A stretch of 64,000 nt of DNA from an uncultured Clostridia bacterium (GCA_964441745.1 CAYTYR010000009.1:1-64000), one strand, 5' to 3'; positions 41,146-50,133 are shown, numbered from the stretch's first letter. A program made the numbers and translations. Notes: generated by a model not told the origin, from the sequence alone.

Positions 41146-41160
41146 ATAAAGGATAATTTT

Positions 41161-41703
41161 ATGAAAACTAAATACTATGCTCTACTTCTTACAACTCTGA
41201 TTCTGGCGATGTGGTTCGCTTTGGCGCAAGGAAAGGAGAAGAAAATGGCCATCAACCTTTTTAGCCCCTCGTTCCGAGACGGGGAAATGATACCTGATAA
41301 GCATGCTTTCAGGAAAGACAATGTTTCGCCGGCGCTGAGCTGGGACAATGTTCCGGATCAAACCAAAACCCTGGCTATTATCTGCGATGACCCGGATGCC
41401 CCGAGTATCTGGGTACACTGGGTAATTTTCAACATCCCGGCCAAAGAAAATAACTTGCCTGAAAAAATAGCTAAACAAGAGACTCTCAATAACAAAGCCC
41501 TGCAGGGAAAGAATGATTTTGGTAAAATCGGCTATGACGGGCCGGCGCCACCTAGAGGTACGCACCGCTATTTATTCAAGATCTTTGCGCTTGATACAGA
41601 ACTGCATCTTAATCCTGGAGCTTCCAAGCAGCAGCTACTGAAAGCGATGGAAGGGCATATCCTGGCGCGCGGTGAGCTCGCAGGTAAGTACGCCAGTAAA
41701 TAG
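41161..41703 (+). CDS. YbhB/YbcL (PEBP/Raf kinase inhibitor-like) protein
   Basis: DDPDAP, WVHWV, GKNDFG and YDGPAPP...HRY motifs. Confidence 0.93.
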   Translation: MKTKYYALLLTTLILAMWFALAQGKEKKMAINLFSPSFRDGEMIPDKHAFRKDNVSPALSWDNVPDQTKTLAIICDDPDAPSIWVHWVIFNIPAKENNLPEKIAKQETLNNKALQGKNDFGKIGYDGPAPPRGTHRYLFKIFALDTELHLNPGASKQQLLKAMEGHILARGELAGKYASK

Positions 41704-41738
41704 TTAAATACGAATAATAAATATAGATTAGGTAATAT

Positions 41739-42260
41739 ATGGATTTACTAAAACAAATTAAAGAGCGGCGATCGATCAGGAAATACAAAACCAGGCAAGT
41801 CCCTGATTCACTGGTCAGCCAGATACTGGAAGCCGGTCGTTGGGCGCCATCAGGATTAAACAACCAGCCCTGGCGCTTTTTAGTGGTCAAGGACACAGCC
41901 ACGAAAAACAAGCTGGCTGGATTTACCAAGTATAGCCAAATCATTAAGAACGCAAACACGGTCATCCTGGTATTCATGGATAACCAGGTCACCTACAACC
42001 GTGATAAGGACTTGATGGCTATGGGGGCCTGTATCCAGAATATGTTGTTGGCAGCTCACAGCCTGGGTCTGGGCGCTTGTTGGCTGGGAGAAATACTGAA
42101 CCATAAGAAAGCAGTATCATCCTATTTGGAATTACCGGTTGATCTTGAATTAATGGTTGTCATAAGCCTGGGCTATAGCGCTGATAAATTAAAAAAAGGA
42201 AAACGGCAGGCGCTTAAGAGTTTAATGATAAAAGGGGAGCAATCATGCCAAACGAAGTAA
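41739..42260 (+). CDS. nitroreductase-family protein
   Basis: RRSIRKY, APSGLNNQPW and LGLGACW motifs. Confidence 0.92.
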   Translation: MDLLKQIKERRSIRKYKTRQVPDSLVSQILEAGRWAPSGLNNQPWRFLVVKDTATKNKLAGFTKYSQIIKNANTVILVFMDNQVTYNRDKDLMAMGACIQNMLLAAHSLGLGACWLGEILNHKKAVSSYLELPVDLELMVVISLGYSADKLKKGKRQALKSLMIKGEQSCQTK

Positions 42261-42844
42261 TTAAAAACATTAATTACCGCCGCAGTGTCCGTTCTTTTAC
42301 CGACCAAACTGTCACCGATGATGATATTAAAACTATACTTAATGCTGCCAATAAAGCTCCTTCCGCCCACAATCAGCAATCCTGGAAATTTATTGTCATC
42401 AAAGGCAGCAAGAAAGAGCAACTGGTTGAACTGATTACCCGGAAAGCAGCAGACTTTCCCAAAGCTGCTTCTGTGCTTTTAAGACTGTCTTCCCGGGCTA
42501 TTGCCAGTGCACCGGTAGTGATCGCTATTGCCAATACCGGCGAATTGATTGAACATGGCACGAAACTATTTCAAATAGAACAAAGCCAGTCTTATGATTT
42601 TTTCCGGACGATGGAAATCCAGAGCTCTGCCGCTGCTGTAGAAAATCTTCTGCTGGCAGTCACTTCTCTGGGATTGGGCGCAGTGTGGCTAGGTATTATG
42701 TTCCTGATCAAAGATGAAGTCTTAACCCTGCTGGACGAACCAAAAGGGGAATTTATGGCTGTTATTCCTGTCGGTTATCCATCTAAGTCGTCACTGGGGC
42801 CAAATAAAAAACATCTGGATATGGTCATTAAAGAATTAAATTAA
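42245..42844 (+). CDS. nitroreductase-family protein
   Basis: RRSVRSF, APSAHNQQSW and LGLGAVW motifs. Confidence 0.92.
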   Translation: MPNEVIKNINYRRSVRSFTDQTVTDDDIKTILNAANKAPSAHNQQSWKFIVIKGSKKEQLVELITRKAADFPKAASVLLRLSSRAIASAPVVIAIANTGELIEHGTKLFQIEQSQSYDFFRTMEIQSSAAAVENLLLAVTSLGLGAVWLGIMFLIKDEVLTLLDEPKGEFMAVIPVGYPSKSSLGPNKKHLDMVIKELN

Positions 42845-42849
42845 AAATA

Positions 42850-42965
42850 GAAGTAGGGTGTTGGGTTTAGAAGTAGGTATAGTCTAAAGTCTCAGGAAGT
42901 TGGGCTTGAAGCCTTAAAACCTACATCTTACTTCCATACTTACTTCCAAGACCTACAACCTGCTT
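42850..42965. repeat. family B intergenic element
   Basis: gggtttagaagtaggtatagtctaaagtc...cttacttccatacttacttccaagacctacaacc. Confidence 0.75.
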
Positions 42966-42978
42966 CTTCGAGGTTAAG

Positions 42979-43794
42979 ATGTGGCAGAAACTAAAACATA
43001 ACCGCTTAGCTGTATCAGGCCTGGTCATTATAACCATACTGGTAGCAGTGGCCTTATTGGCGCCTAAGATCGTACCATATGAACCAACCAGCCAGAACAT
43101 CATGGAACGGCTGCAAAAGCCATCGACCAGGCATTGGTTAGGTACGGATGAACTGGGCCGGGATGTGCTCTCACGCATCATCTATGGCGCCAGGATCTCG
43201 CTTTCCGTGGGTTTTATTGCCGTGGGTATCGCTGTTATTATTGGAGTGTTTTTTGGCGCTTTAGCGGGATTTTACGGCGGCTGGATCGATTCCCTGATCA
43301 TGCGCTTTGTCGATATTATGTTTTGCTTTCCCTCATTTTTTCTCATCCTGATGATCATCGCGGTCCTGGGACCAAATATCTATAATGTGATGATCATTAT
43401 CGGCATTACCAGCTGGCCGGGTATCGCCCGGTTGGTCAGGGGAGAGATCTTATCCGTCAAAGAGAGGGAATATGTTTATTCGGCTAAAGCTATCGGCGCT
43501 TCTGACCTGAGGATAATATTCAGGCATATCCTGCCCAATGCTTTGGGACCTGTTTTGGTCGCCGCCACTCTGGGTATAGCTGACGCGATTCTGGTAGAGT
43601 CAGGATTAAGTTTTCTCGGGTTAGGCGTACAACCGCCGATGCCCAGCTGGGGCAATATCCTGACTTCAGGTAAAGACTATATTGAATCTGCCTGGTGGTT
43701 GACTTTATTCCCCGGACTGGCGATATTGGTCACGATACTATCATATAATCTGGTGGGAGAGGGTTTAAGGGAAATAATTGACCCGAAACTTTAA
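42979..43794 (+). CDS. peptide ABC transporter permease (OppC/DppC type)
   Basis: HWLGTDELGRDVLSR and LSFLGLGVQPPMPSWG motifs. Confidence 0.93.
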   Translation: MWQKLKHNRLAVSGLVIITILVAVALLAPKIVPYEPTSQNIMERLQKPSTRHWLGTDELGRDVLSRIIYGARISLSVGFIAVGIAVIIGVFFGALAGFYGGWIDSLIMRFVDIMFCFPSFFLILMIIAVLGPNIYNVMIIIGITSWPGIARLVRGEILSVKEREYVYSAKAIGASDLRIIFRHILPNALGPVLVAATLGIADAILVESGLSFLGLGVQPPMPSWGNILTSGKDYIESAWWLTLFPGLAILVTILSYNLVGEGLREIIDPKL

Positions 43795-43798
43795 ATTC

Positions 43799-43828
43799 GG
43801 CGGATAGCGTGTAGCGGATAGCGTATAG
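43799..43828. repeat. family A heptamer array
   Basis: ggcgga tagcgtg tagcgga tagcgta tag. Confidence 0.8.
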
Positions 43829-43841
43829 AAAAGGCAAATTA

Positions 43842-44813
43842 ATGCAGAATTTATTAGAGATAAATAATTTGAATGTGGAATATTATAAAGGCGGACAAAC
43901 TATTCCGGCAGTCAGGGGAGTGCGCCTTACTATCAAGCCGGGAGAGATCATCGGCCTGGTGGGAGAATCTGGCTGCGGCAAATCTACCATTGCGCTATCT
44001 ATGATGCGCCTGATTCCGCCGAAGCAGGGCAGAATTACTTCAGGACAAATCCTTTTTGCTGACCAGGATATAGTGAGTATGTCAGAAGACGAATGCCGCG
44101 ACTTTCGCGGTAATAAGATCGGGATGGTTTTCCAGGAAGCGTTTTCCAGCTTGAATCCTGTGTTCCGGGTAGGAGACCAGATCAAAGAAGCGATCATGCT
44201 TCATCATCCTGATTTTAGCAGTCAAAAAAGCAGACAAAGAGCCATTGAAGCTTTACAACTGGTCAATATCCCGCAGCCTGAAGAACGATATGACTCTTAT
44301 CCGCACCAATTATCCGGCGGCATGCAGCAACGGGCCATGTTGGCCATGGCCTTGGCCTGTCATCCTCAACTGCTGATCGCTGATGAACCGACGACGGCCC
44401 TGGATGTCACTATCCAGGCGCAAATACTGGACCTGCTGGTCAAGTTCAGGAAAGACTTGAACATGTCCATCCTGCTGATCACCCACAACCTGGCTATTGT
44501 CAGCCAGATCGCTGATGCTGTAGCTATCATGTATGCGGGAGAGATCGTGGAGCTTGGCCCGAAAGACAGAATATTTACCAATCCATTGCATCCGTACACG
44601 ATCGGCCTGCTTAACTCGGTACCGGATATTGAAACTAAAAAAGACCAGTTGTCACAGATCAGGGGCCAGATACCTGATCCCGCTGCTTTGCCAAAAGGTT
44701 GTCCGTTCCATCCGCGGTGTCCCGCAGTTATGGATTCTTGCCGGAATAGCGATCCAGTGTTAGTCGAACAAGAAAAACAGCATTTTGTACAATGTCATAA
44801 ATATCAAGGATAA
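43842..44813 (+). CDS. peptide ABC transporter ATPase (OppD/DppD type)
   Basis: GESGCGKST, LSGGMQQR, ADEPTTALD and GCPFHPRC motifs. Confidence 0.94.
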   Translation: MQNLLEINNLNVEYYKGGQTIPAVRGVRLTIKPGEIIGLVGESGCGKSTIALSMMRLIPPKQGRITSGQILFADQDIVSMSEDECRDFRGNKIGMVFQEAFSSLNPVFRVGDQIKEAIMLHHPDFSSQKSRQRAIEALQLVNIPQPEERYDSYPHQLSGGMQQRAMLAMALACHPQLLIADEPTTALDVTIQAQILDLLVKFRKDLNMSILLITHNLAIVSQIADAVAIMYAGEIVELGPKDRIFTNPLHPYTIGLLNSVPDIETKKDQLSQIRGQIPDPAALPKGCPFHPRCPAVMDSCRNSDPVLVEQEKQHFVQCHKYQG

Positions 44814-44815
44814 AA

Positions 44816-45511
44816 ATGGAAAAACATCCTATTGGATTATCAGAAAGTCATATCATCGCTATTATGAACGGCAAACGGGTACTGATCAGCACGGGAGTGC
44901 CCATCAGTGTTGGAGACACGCCGGAAATCATGATCCTGGGCCAGCGCTATGATCTGGAAAAAAAGCTCTTAGGCCTGGATATAAAACAAATAGGATCTGC
45001 CTTAAAAACAGACATTAACGCTCTTTTAGGCATGGATATATTAAGCAAATTCGTTTTTTATATTTCCCATAGTATTGAAGCCATCATTTTCAGCGATTTC
45101 TTCATCAACTTTAAAGAAGATATGCGTGAACTGCCCATTAATATGGAATTTAATTTGCCAATCGTGACTGTAAAAATGGGCGGGGTAGATGTGAATATGA
45201 CCCTGGACACTGGTTCTAAATTATCGTACCTGGACGCTAGTTTACTGGCTGGCATGAAAAATGTCGGGACTTTGGAAGTTTTTTATCCCGGCTGTGATAC
45301 CATGGTCACGGAAATATTCCATCTTCCACTTGAGCTCAGGAGCAAAACGATGGATATTCATTTTGGCATGCTGCCTGATGTCTTGCTGAAAAACTTGTCT
45401 CGGACCGGATGTGCCGGCATACTTGGATCAGAAATATTCCGTTATTTCAACATCCAATTCTGCCTGAAAAAGAGCACCCTCTGGCTGGTCGAAAAAGGCA
45501 AAGCCAGGTAA
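44816..45511 (+). CDS. two-lobed retropepsin-like (aspartyl protease fold) protein
   Basis: LDTGS...GILG in the C-lobe; ISTG...ALLG in the N-lobe. Confidence 0.6.
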   Translation: MEKHPIGLSESHIIAIMNGKRVLISTGVPISVGDTPEIMILGQRYDLEKKLLGLDIKQIGSALKTDINALLGMDILSKFVFYISHSIEAIIFSDFFINFKEDMRELPINMEFNLPIVTVKMGGVDVNMTLDTGSKLSYLDASLLAGMKNVGTLEVFYPGCDTMVTEIFHLPLELRSKTMDIHFGMLPDVLLKNLSRTGCAGILGSEIFRYFNIQFCLKKSTLWLVEKGKAR

Positions 45512-45538
45512 GAAACTTTGTTGCAGAAGGAATCTATA

Positions 45539-45781
45539 ATGTTAAAAGATCCTGGAGCAAAAAAATGGTACTGGAGAATCTCGACCCTGATAGTCGCCGT
45601 ATTATCGGTCGGACCGCTGGCTTTGCCACTTATTTGGTTCAATCCTTATCTGCGCCGTAACCAAAAGATCGTTTATTCCATCATTGTTATCGTGGTTAGC
45701 TATCTCCTGATCATGTGGACAATCAACGCTTACGATAAATATATTAAAGTATATGATGATATATTGAAGCAAATTCCCTGA
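45539..45781 (+). CDS. small two-TM hypothetical protein
   Basis: KWYW...VGPLALPLIWFNP; ATG after GAAGGA. Confidence 0.7.
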   Translation: MLKDPGAKKWYWRISTLIVAVLSVGPLALPLIWFNPYLRRNQKIVYSIIVIVVSYLLIMWTINAYDKYIKVYDDILKQIP

Positions 45782-45799
45782 CCTGGGGACAAAGGATAT

Positions 45800-46759
45800 A
45801 TGTCGGGATTATTGGAAGTCAAAAATTTAACAAAATACTACCCGGTGGAAAAGGGTGTTTTTAAGCAAACAGTCGGTATGATCAAGGCAGTGGATGGGGT
45901 CAATTTCTCTATTGCGGAAAAAGAAACCCTGGGACTGGTCGGAGAATCTGGCTGCGGTAAGACTACCTGTGGCCGGCTGGTCGCCAATTTGCTCAAGCCG
46001 ACTGCAGGGCAGGCCTTGTTTGAAGAAGAAAACATCTACTCATTCCAGGGAAAGGATCTTAATAATTTCCGTAAAAAGGCGCAAATTATCTTTCAGGACC
46101 CATTCTCATCCCTGGATCCGCGGCAGAGTATTTATGATATCATCACTGAACCGATCAGGATCCATCACCTCTATCCGCGGAAAGAGATCAATACTAAAGT
46201 AGAGGAGTTGCTGCAACTGGTTGGCTTGCCTCATGATATAGTCAAAGGTTATCCGCATCAATTGAGCGGCGGGCAGCGCCAACGCATCGGCCTGGCCAGG
46301 ATACTTTCCCTTAATCCTAAATTGATTGTAGCCGATGAACCGGTTTCTTCGCTGGATATCTCCATCCAGGCGCAGGTAATAAACCTGTTCAAAGACCTTC
46401 AGAATAAATACAGTTTAAGCTATCTATTCATCTCACATGATCTGGGAGTGGTGAAGCATATTGCCCACAAAATAGCGGTAATGTACCTGGGAAAGATCGT
46501 CGAATTGGCCGATAGTGATGAACTATTTGCCAAACCGTATCATCCTTATACTAAAATACTATTACAAAGTATTCCTTCTATTAAAACCACAAAAAATGCT
46601 ACAATAACCACAAAAGAAAATATTCAAAGCGATCTTCCGGTCAGAGGATGCGCTTTTTATACGCGGTGTATAAAAGCCGCCAACCGCTGCCGGGAGATGG
46701 AACCAATACTTGAGCCAAAAGGAGCAAAACATTTTGTCTGTTGCTGGTATCCTGAATAA
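45800..46759 (+). CDS. peptide ABC transporter ATPase (OppF/DppF type)
   Basis: KAVDGV, GESGCGKTT, FQDPFSSLDPR and LSGGQRQR motifs. Confidence 0.94.
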   Translation: MSGLLEVKNLTKYYPVEKGVFKQTVGMIKAVDGVNFSIAEKETLGLVGESGCGKTTCGRLVANLLKPTAGQALFEEENIYSFQGKDLNNFRKKAQIIFQDPFSSLDPRQSIYDIITEPIRIHHLYPRKEINTKVEELLQLVGLPHDIVKGYPHQLSGGQRQRIGLARILSLNPKLIVADEPVSSLDISIQAQVINLFKDLQNKYSLSYLFISHDLGVVKHIAHKIAVMYLGKIVELADSDELFAKPYHPYTKILLQSIPSIKTTKNATITTKENIQSDLPVRGCAFYTRCIKAANRCREMEPILEPKGAKHFVCCWYPE

Positions 46760-48233
46760 ATTAAATCATCTTAGACATCCCCATCCGTTTTACCTGGTTG
46801 GCGGCATAGTACGCGACATCCTGCTGCCGCGGGATACTAAAGACATTGACCTGGTCTGCAAAAACGCTAAAGTCCTGGCCCTTAAATTCGCCAAATCCAC
46901 CGGCGGCAGGTATTTCCCTTTGGATGAAGAAAATAAAATTTACCGCGTTGTCCTAAAGTCAGCGGTCAGCGGTCAGCGGTCAGCGGAACAGTATTGTTTT
47001 GATTTTGCGGAATTACGCGGCAATTCTATCGAAGCAGACCTGGCGCTGCGGGATTTTACGATCGATGCGATGGCTATGCAGTTAGTCAACGGTCCCGCCA
47101 CTAGGACATCGTCGGGCAAGCAGCGATCAGCAGTCAGTAGCAAAAGCATTATAGATCCATTCAACGGACAAAAAGATCTACAGAATAAAACTATCCGCAT
47201 GGTGGGTAAAGATATATATAAGGATGACCCGTTGCGCATGATGCGGGCTTTCCGGCTAGCCGCAGTATTAGGATTTAAAATAGAAAAAAATACTTTAGGG
47301 CTGATCTCCCGGCAGGCAGCATTGATCAAGAAGGTTTCACTGGAAAGAGTACGTGAAGAACTTATTAAAATATTATCCTGCCCGGAGAGCACGGCCTATA
47401 TTAAAGCCATGGATCGGCAAAAGCTATTGTCAGTCCTCATACCGGAAATCAAGAAATTAAAAAAAGCCGCCAGTAATTTCTATGGCCCAGACGGTGTTTG
47501 GCGCCATACTCTTTCCGGAATGGAATATTTAGAAACCATTATTCTTAAAATAAACAAATATATTCCCAGCTATGCGCCTAAAATAAACCAGCATCTGAAT
47601 ACCCGGGTGATTACAGATGTCCCGCGCTGGGTAACCCTGAAGGTGGCTTATCTCCTGCATGATTTCGGCAAACCAGACACAGAAACTAAAGAAGGCCGGC
47701 GCAGCAGATTCTATGGCCATGAATTAGCCAGCGCCCTTTATGCTGATATAATACTGACCCGCCTGCATTTTTCTAATAAAGAAATACACACTATTAAAAA
47801 TATTATTATGAACCACATGCGGCCTGGCAATTTATCGGCGCTGGCACAAATAACTGACAAGGCGATCTATCGCTATTTCCGTGACCTGAAAGAAGAAGGG
47901 CTGGATACCCTGATCTTATCAATTGCTGATGCCTATACCACGGAAGACACGGTGATCACCAGGAAAAAACAGGATATTTATCCTGTTAACGCTAAACAGC
48001 ATCTTAAACGGGTACGGGCTATCATTAAAAGGTATTATACGGAACATAAGCAGATAGTGCCAAAGAACCTGCTTAATGGCCACGAAATCATGACCAGGTT
48101 CAGGCTGGCCGAAGGGCCGCTGATCGGCCAGATGATCAATAATTTAAAAGAAGCCCAGGCGCAAAAACTGGTTACCAACAAAATGCAGGCGTATGAATAT
48201 TGTAAAAAAATGTTGACCGCTAAAGAAAAATAA
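46734..48233 (+). CDS. tRNA nucleotidyltransferase / poly(A) polymerase family protein with HD domain
   Basis: VGGIVRD, DIDL, RDFTIDAMA, DDPLRMMRA, ERVREE and LHDFGK motifs; TTG start after GGAG. Confidence 0.9.
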   Translation: MSVAGILNKLNHLRHPHPFYLVGGIVRDILLPRDTKDIDLVCKNAKVLALKFAKSTGGRYFPLDEENKIYRVVLKSAVSGQRSAEQYCFDFAELRGNSIEADLALRDFTIDAMAMQLVNGPATRTSSGKQRSAVSSKSIIDPFNGQKDLQNKTIRMVGKDIYKDDPLRMMRAFRLAAVLGFKIEKNTLGLISRQAALIKKVSLERVREELIKILSCPESTAYIKAMDRQKLLSVLIPEIKKLKKAASNFYGPDGVWRHTLSGMEYLETIILKINKYIPSYAPKINQHLNTRVITDVPRWVTLKVAYLLHDFGKPDTETKEGRRSRFYGHELASALYADIILTRLHFSNKEIHTIKNIIMNHMRPGNLSALAQITDKAIYRYFRDLKEEGLDTLILSIADAYTTEDTVITRKKQDIYPVNAKQHLKRVRAIIKRYYTEHKQIVPKNLLNGHEIMTRFRLAEGPLIGQMINNLKEAQAQKLVTNKMQAYEYCKKMLTAKEK

Positions 48234-48241
48234 TTTATACT
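48213..48241 (+). promoter_or_regulatory. sigma70-type promoter
   Basis: TTGACC-17bp-TATACT. Confidence 0.7.
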
Positions 48242-48497
48242 ATGGTGTAAAATTGTGGTGACAGTGAGGGTTGCCTATATTTTGAACATTCGGAAACACC
48301 CCAAGGGGTAAACCTTGTTTAATATAAACTTTGACATTAGTGTAACTGGAAGAGGATGATAGTGAGGGTTGTGACAGAAGGTTGTTTAAAGTAGCCAGTC
48401 TGCCAACCGAACGTCAGAAGGAGAAACCCGAAGGGTGTCTCCTATGAAAAGCAAGCCCTGCGCTTTGATTTGCGCAGCAAACGGCAGGGCGCAGCTT

Positions 48498-48568
48498 GCG
48501 GGTGTAGTTCAATGGTAGAATGGAAGCTTCCCAAGCTTCATACGTGGGTTCGATTCCCATCACCCGCT
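48498..48568 (+). tRNA. tRNA-Gly(CCC), CCA not encoded
   Basis: Acceptor GCGGGTG/CACCCGC, anticodon arm GAAGC-TTCCCAA-GCTTC, T arm GTGGG-TTCGATT-CCCAT. Confidence 0.96.
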
Positions 48569-48694
48569 TTTATAATCTAATAAAGGAATCGAAGCCAAGT
48601 CGAGCGCCATTGGTCCGAGCGAGACTGGCCGGCGACGGGTGAGCGGCGTGAATACGACGCGATGGAGGAGGATTCCCATCACCCGCTTTTATAA
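48552..48694 (+). repeat. 24-bp direct repeat of the tRNA 3' end (48552-48575 and 48671-48694)
   Basis: GATTCCCATCACCCGCTTTTATAA occurs twice, 119 bp apart. Confidence 0.9.
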
Positions 48695-48703
48695 AAGCAA
48701 AAA

Positions 48704-48790
48704 CAGTTATAAGTTTTGAGTTATAAATTTTAAGTTTAGGTAAAAGTATTTCACTATAATTCAAAACTCAAAATTCAAAATTTAAAACTA
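48704..48790. repeat. inverted heptamer arrays (AGTTWTR / AAAAYTC)
   Basis: agttata agttttg agttata aatttta ... aaaactc aaaattc aaaattt aaaact. Confidence 0.75.
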
Positions 48791-48807
48791 TCTCAACTGG
48801 GGGGTTA

Positions 48808-50133
48808 ATGATTCTTTCAAAACCATTTAAGACGTTTGTATTAGACACCAATGTTCTGATTCATGATCCAGAAGCGCTTTCCGTATTCGGTCACAACAAA
48901 ATATCGATCCCTTTGATCGTAATCGAAGAGTTGGACCGTTTTAAAACTTTCCACGACGAGCGCGGGCGTAATTCCCGCATTATATCCCGCTACCTGGATA
49001 AACTCCGCAAAAAAGGCAAATTAAACGAGGGCATCGAGCTGGACAATGGCGGCGTTCTCAAGATAGAGCTTGATAGCAAGATCGAACTACCGTTTGAATT
49101 CCGCAATCACAACGATGACAACCAGATACTGATGACCGCACTGGCTCTCCAAAGCAAAGGAGAAGATGTCTATTTTATTTCTAAGGACATCAACCTGCGC
49201 ATCAAAGCAGAAGCTATCGGCTTAAAGGTCCAGGATTATGAACGCTCCAAGGTAAAAATAGACGAGTTATACACTGGCTGTAAGGAAATAGCAGTAAACA
49301 GCGAACAGATCGATTCCTTTTACAAAGATAAAAAACTTAAGCTGTCTGATGATGAGCTTTTTGCCAACCAATTCACTATCCTGAAATCCAATGACGAGAA
49401 AAGCCAGTCTGCGCTTGGCAAGTATATTAAATCCACCAAAGAAATAATTCCCCTCCGCAAAGATACCCGTATCTGGGACTTGAAACCACTTAATACTGAG
49501 CAGCGTTTTGCTATCGACTTGCTGATGGATGATAATATCAAACTGGTGACCTTAGTAGGCGTAGCCGGTACTGGCAAGACTTTACTGGCCTTGGCTGCTG
49601 CCCTGCAAAAAACCGTAGAAGAAAAACTTTACCGGCGCTTCTTTGTCTTGCGCCCGATCATGCCCATGGGCCGGGATATAGGATTCCTGCCTGGGACCAA
49701 GGAAGAAAAACTGACTCAGTGGATGGGTGCCATCTATGACAACCTGGAATTCCTGATGGAAAAGGGCACAGACAAAGTCGGCGAAGAAGATACAGAATCT
49801 AAGATCCAGTATCTTACCGAAACAGGTAAAATGGAAATCGAGGCCCTCACGTATATCCGCGGCCGCAGCCTGCCGAACCAGTTCATCATCATTGATGATT
49901 CGCAAAATTTGACCCCGTCGGAAGTGAAAACAATTATCAGCCGGGCTGGCCAGGGCACAAAATTGGTCTTTACCGGTGATCCCTACCAGATCGACAATCC
50001 CTATCTCGATGCCTCATCAAATGGGTTGACGTACATCGTGGAAAAGCTTAAAGGGCAGGAAATATACGGTCATATAAATTTTACTAAAACTGAAAGGAGC
50101 CCGCTGGCGGCATTGGCGGCCCAACTGCTTTAA
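48808..50133 (+). CDS. PIN-PhoH protein (PhoH2/YlaK-like)
   Basis: VLDTNVL, EELD and SKDINLR (PIN); GVAGTGKT, YIRGRS and GDPYQIDNPYL (PhoH). Confidence 0.93.
   Translation: MILSKPFKTFVLDTNVLIHDPEALSVFGHNKISIPLIVIEELDRFKTFHDERGRNSRIISRYLDKLRKKGKLNEGIELDNGGVLKIELDSKIELPFEFRNHNDDNQILMTALALQSKGEDVYFISKDINLRIKAEAIGLKVQDYERSKVKIDELYTGCKEIAVNSEQIDSFYKDKKLKLSDDELFANQFTILKSNDEKSQSALGKYIKSTKEIIPLRKDTRIWDLKPLNTEQRFAIDLLMDDNIKLVTLVGVAGTGKTLLALAAALQKTVEEKLYRRFFVLRPIMPMGRDIGFLPGTKEEKLTQWMGAIYDNLEFLMEKGTDKVGEEDTESKIQYLTETGKMEIEALTYIRGRSLPNQFIIIDDSQNLTPSEVKTIISRAGQGTKLVFTGDPYQIDNPYLDASSNGLTYIVEKLKGQEIYGHINFTKTERSPLAALAAQLL

Noticed and set aside
46583-46620. AACCACAAAA repeated in the C-terminal linker of the OppF-type ATPase
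   Set aside because: Only two copies in an A-rich variable linker, which cannot be distinguished from chance.
48552-48694. Prophage or genomic island at tRNA-Gly
   Set aside because: The repeats are only 119 bp apart and no integrase or phage gene is present. Kept only as a mini-element or scar.
49885-49910. PhoH Walker B reads DDSQN rather than DEAQN
   Set aside because: A conservative change with all other motifs intact is too weak to claim altered function.
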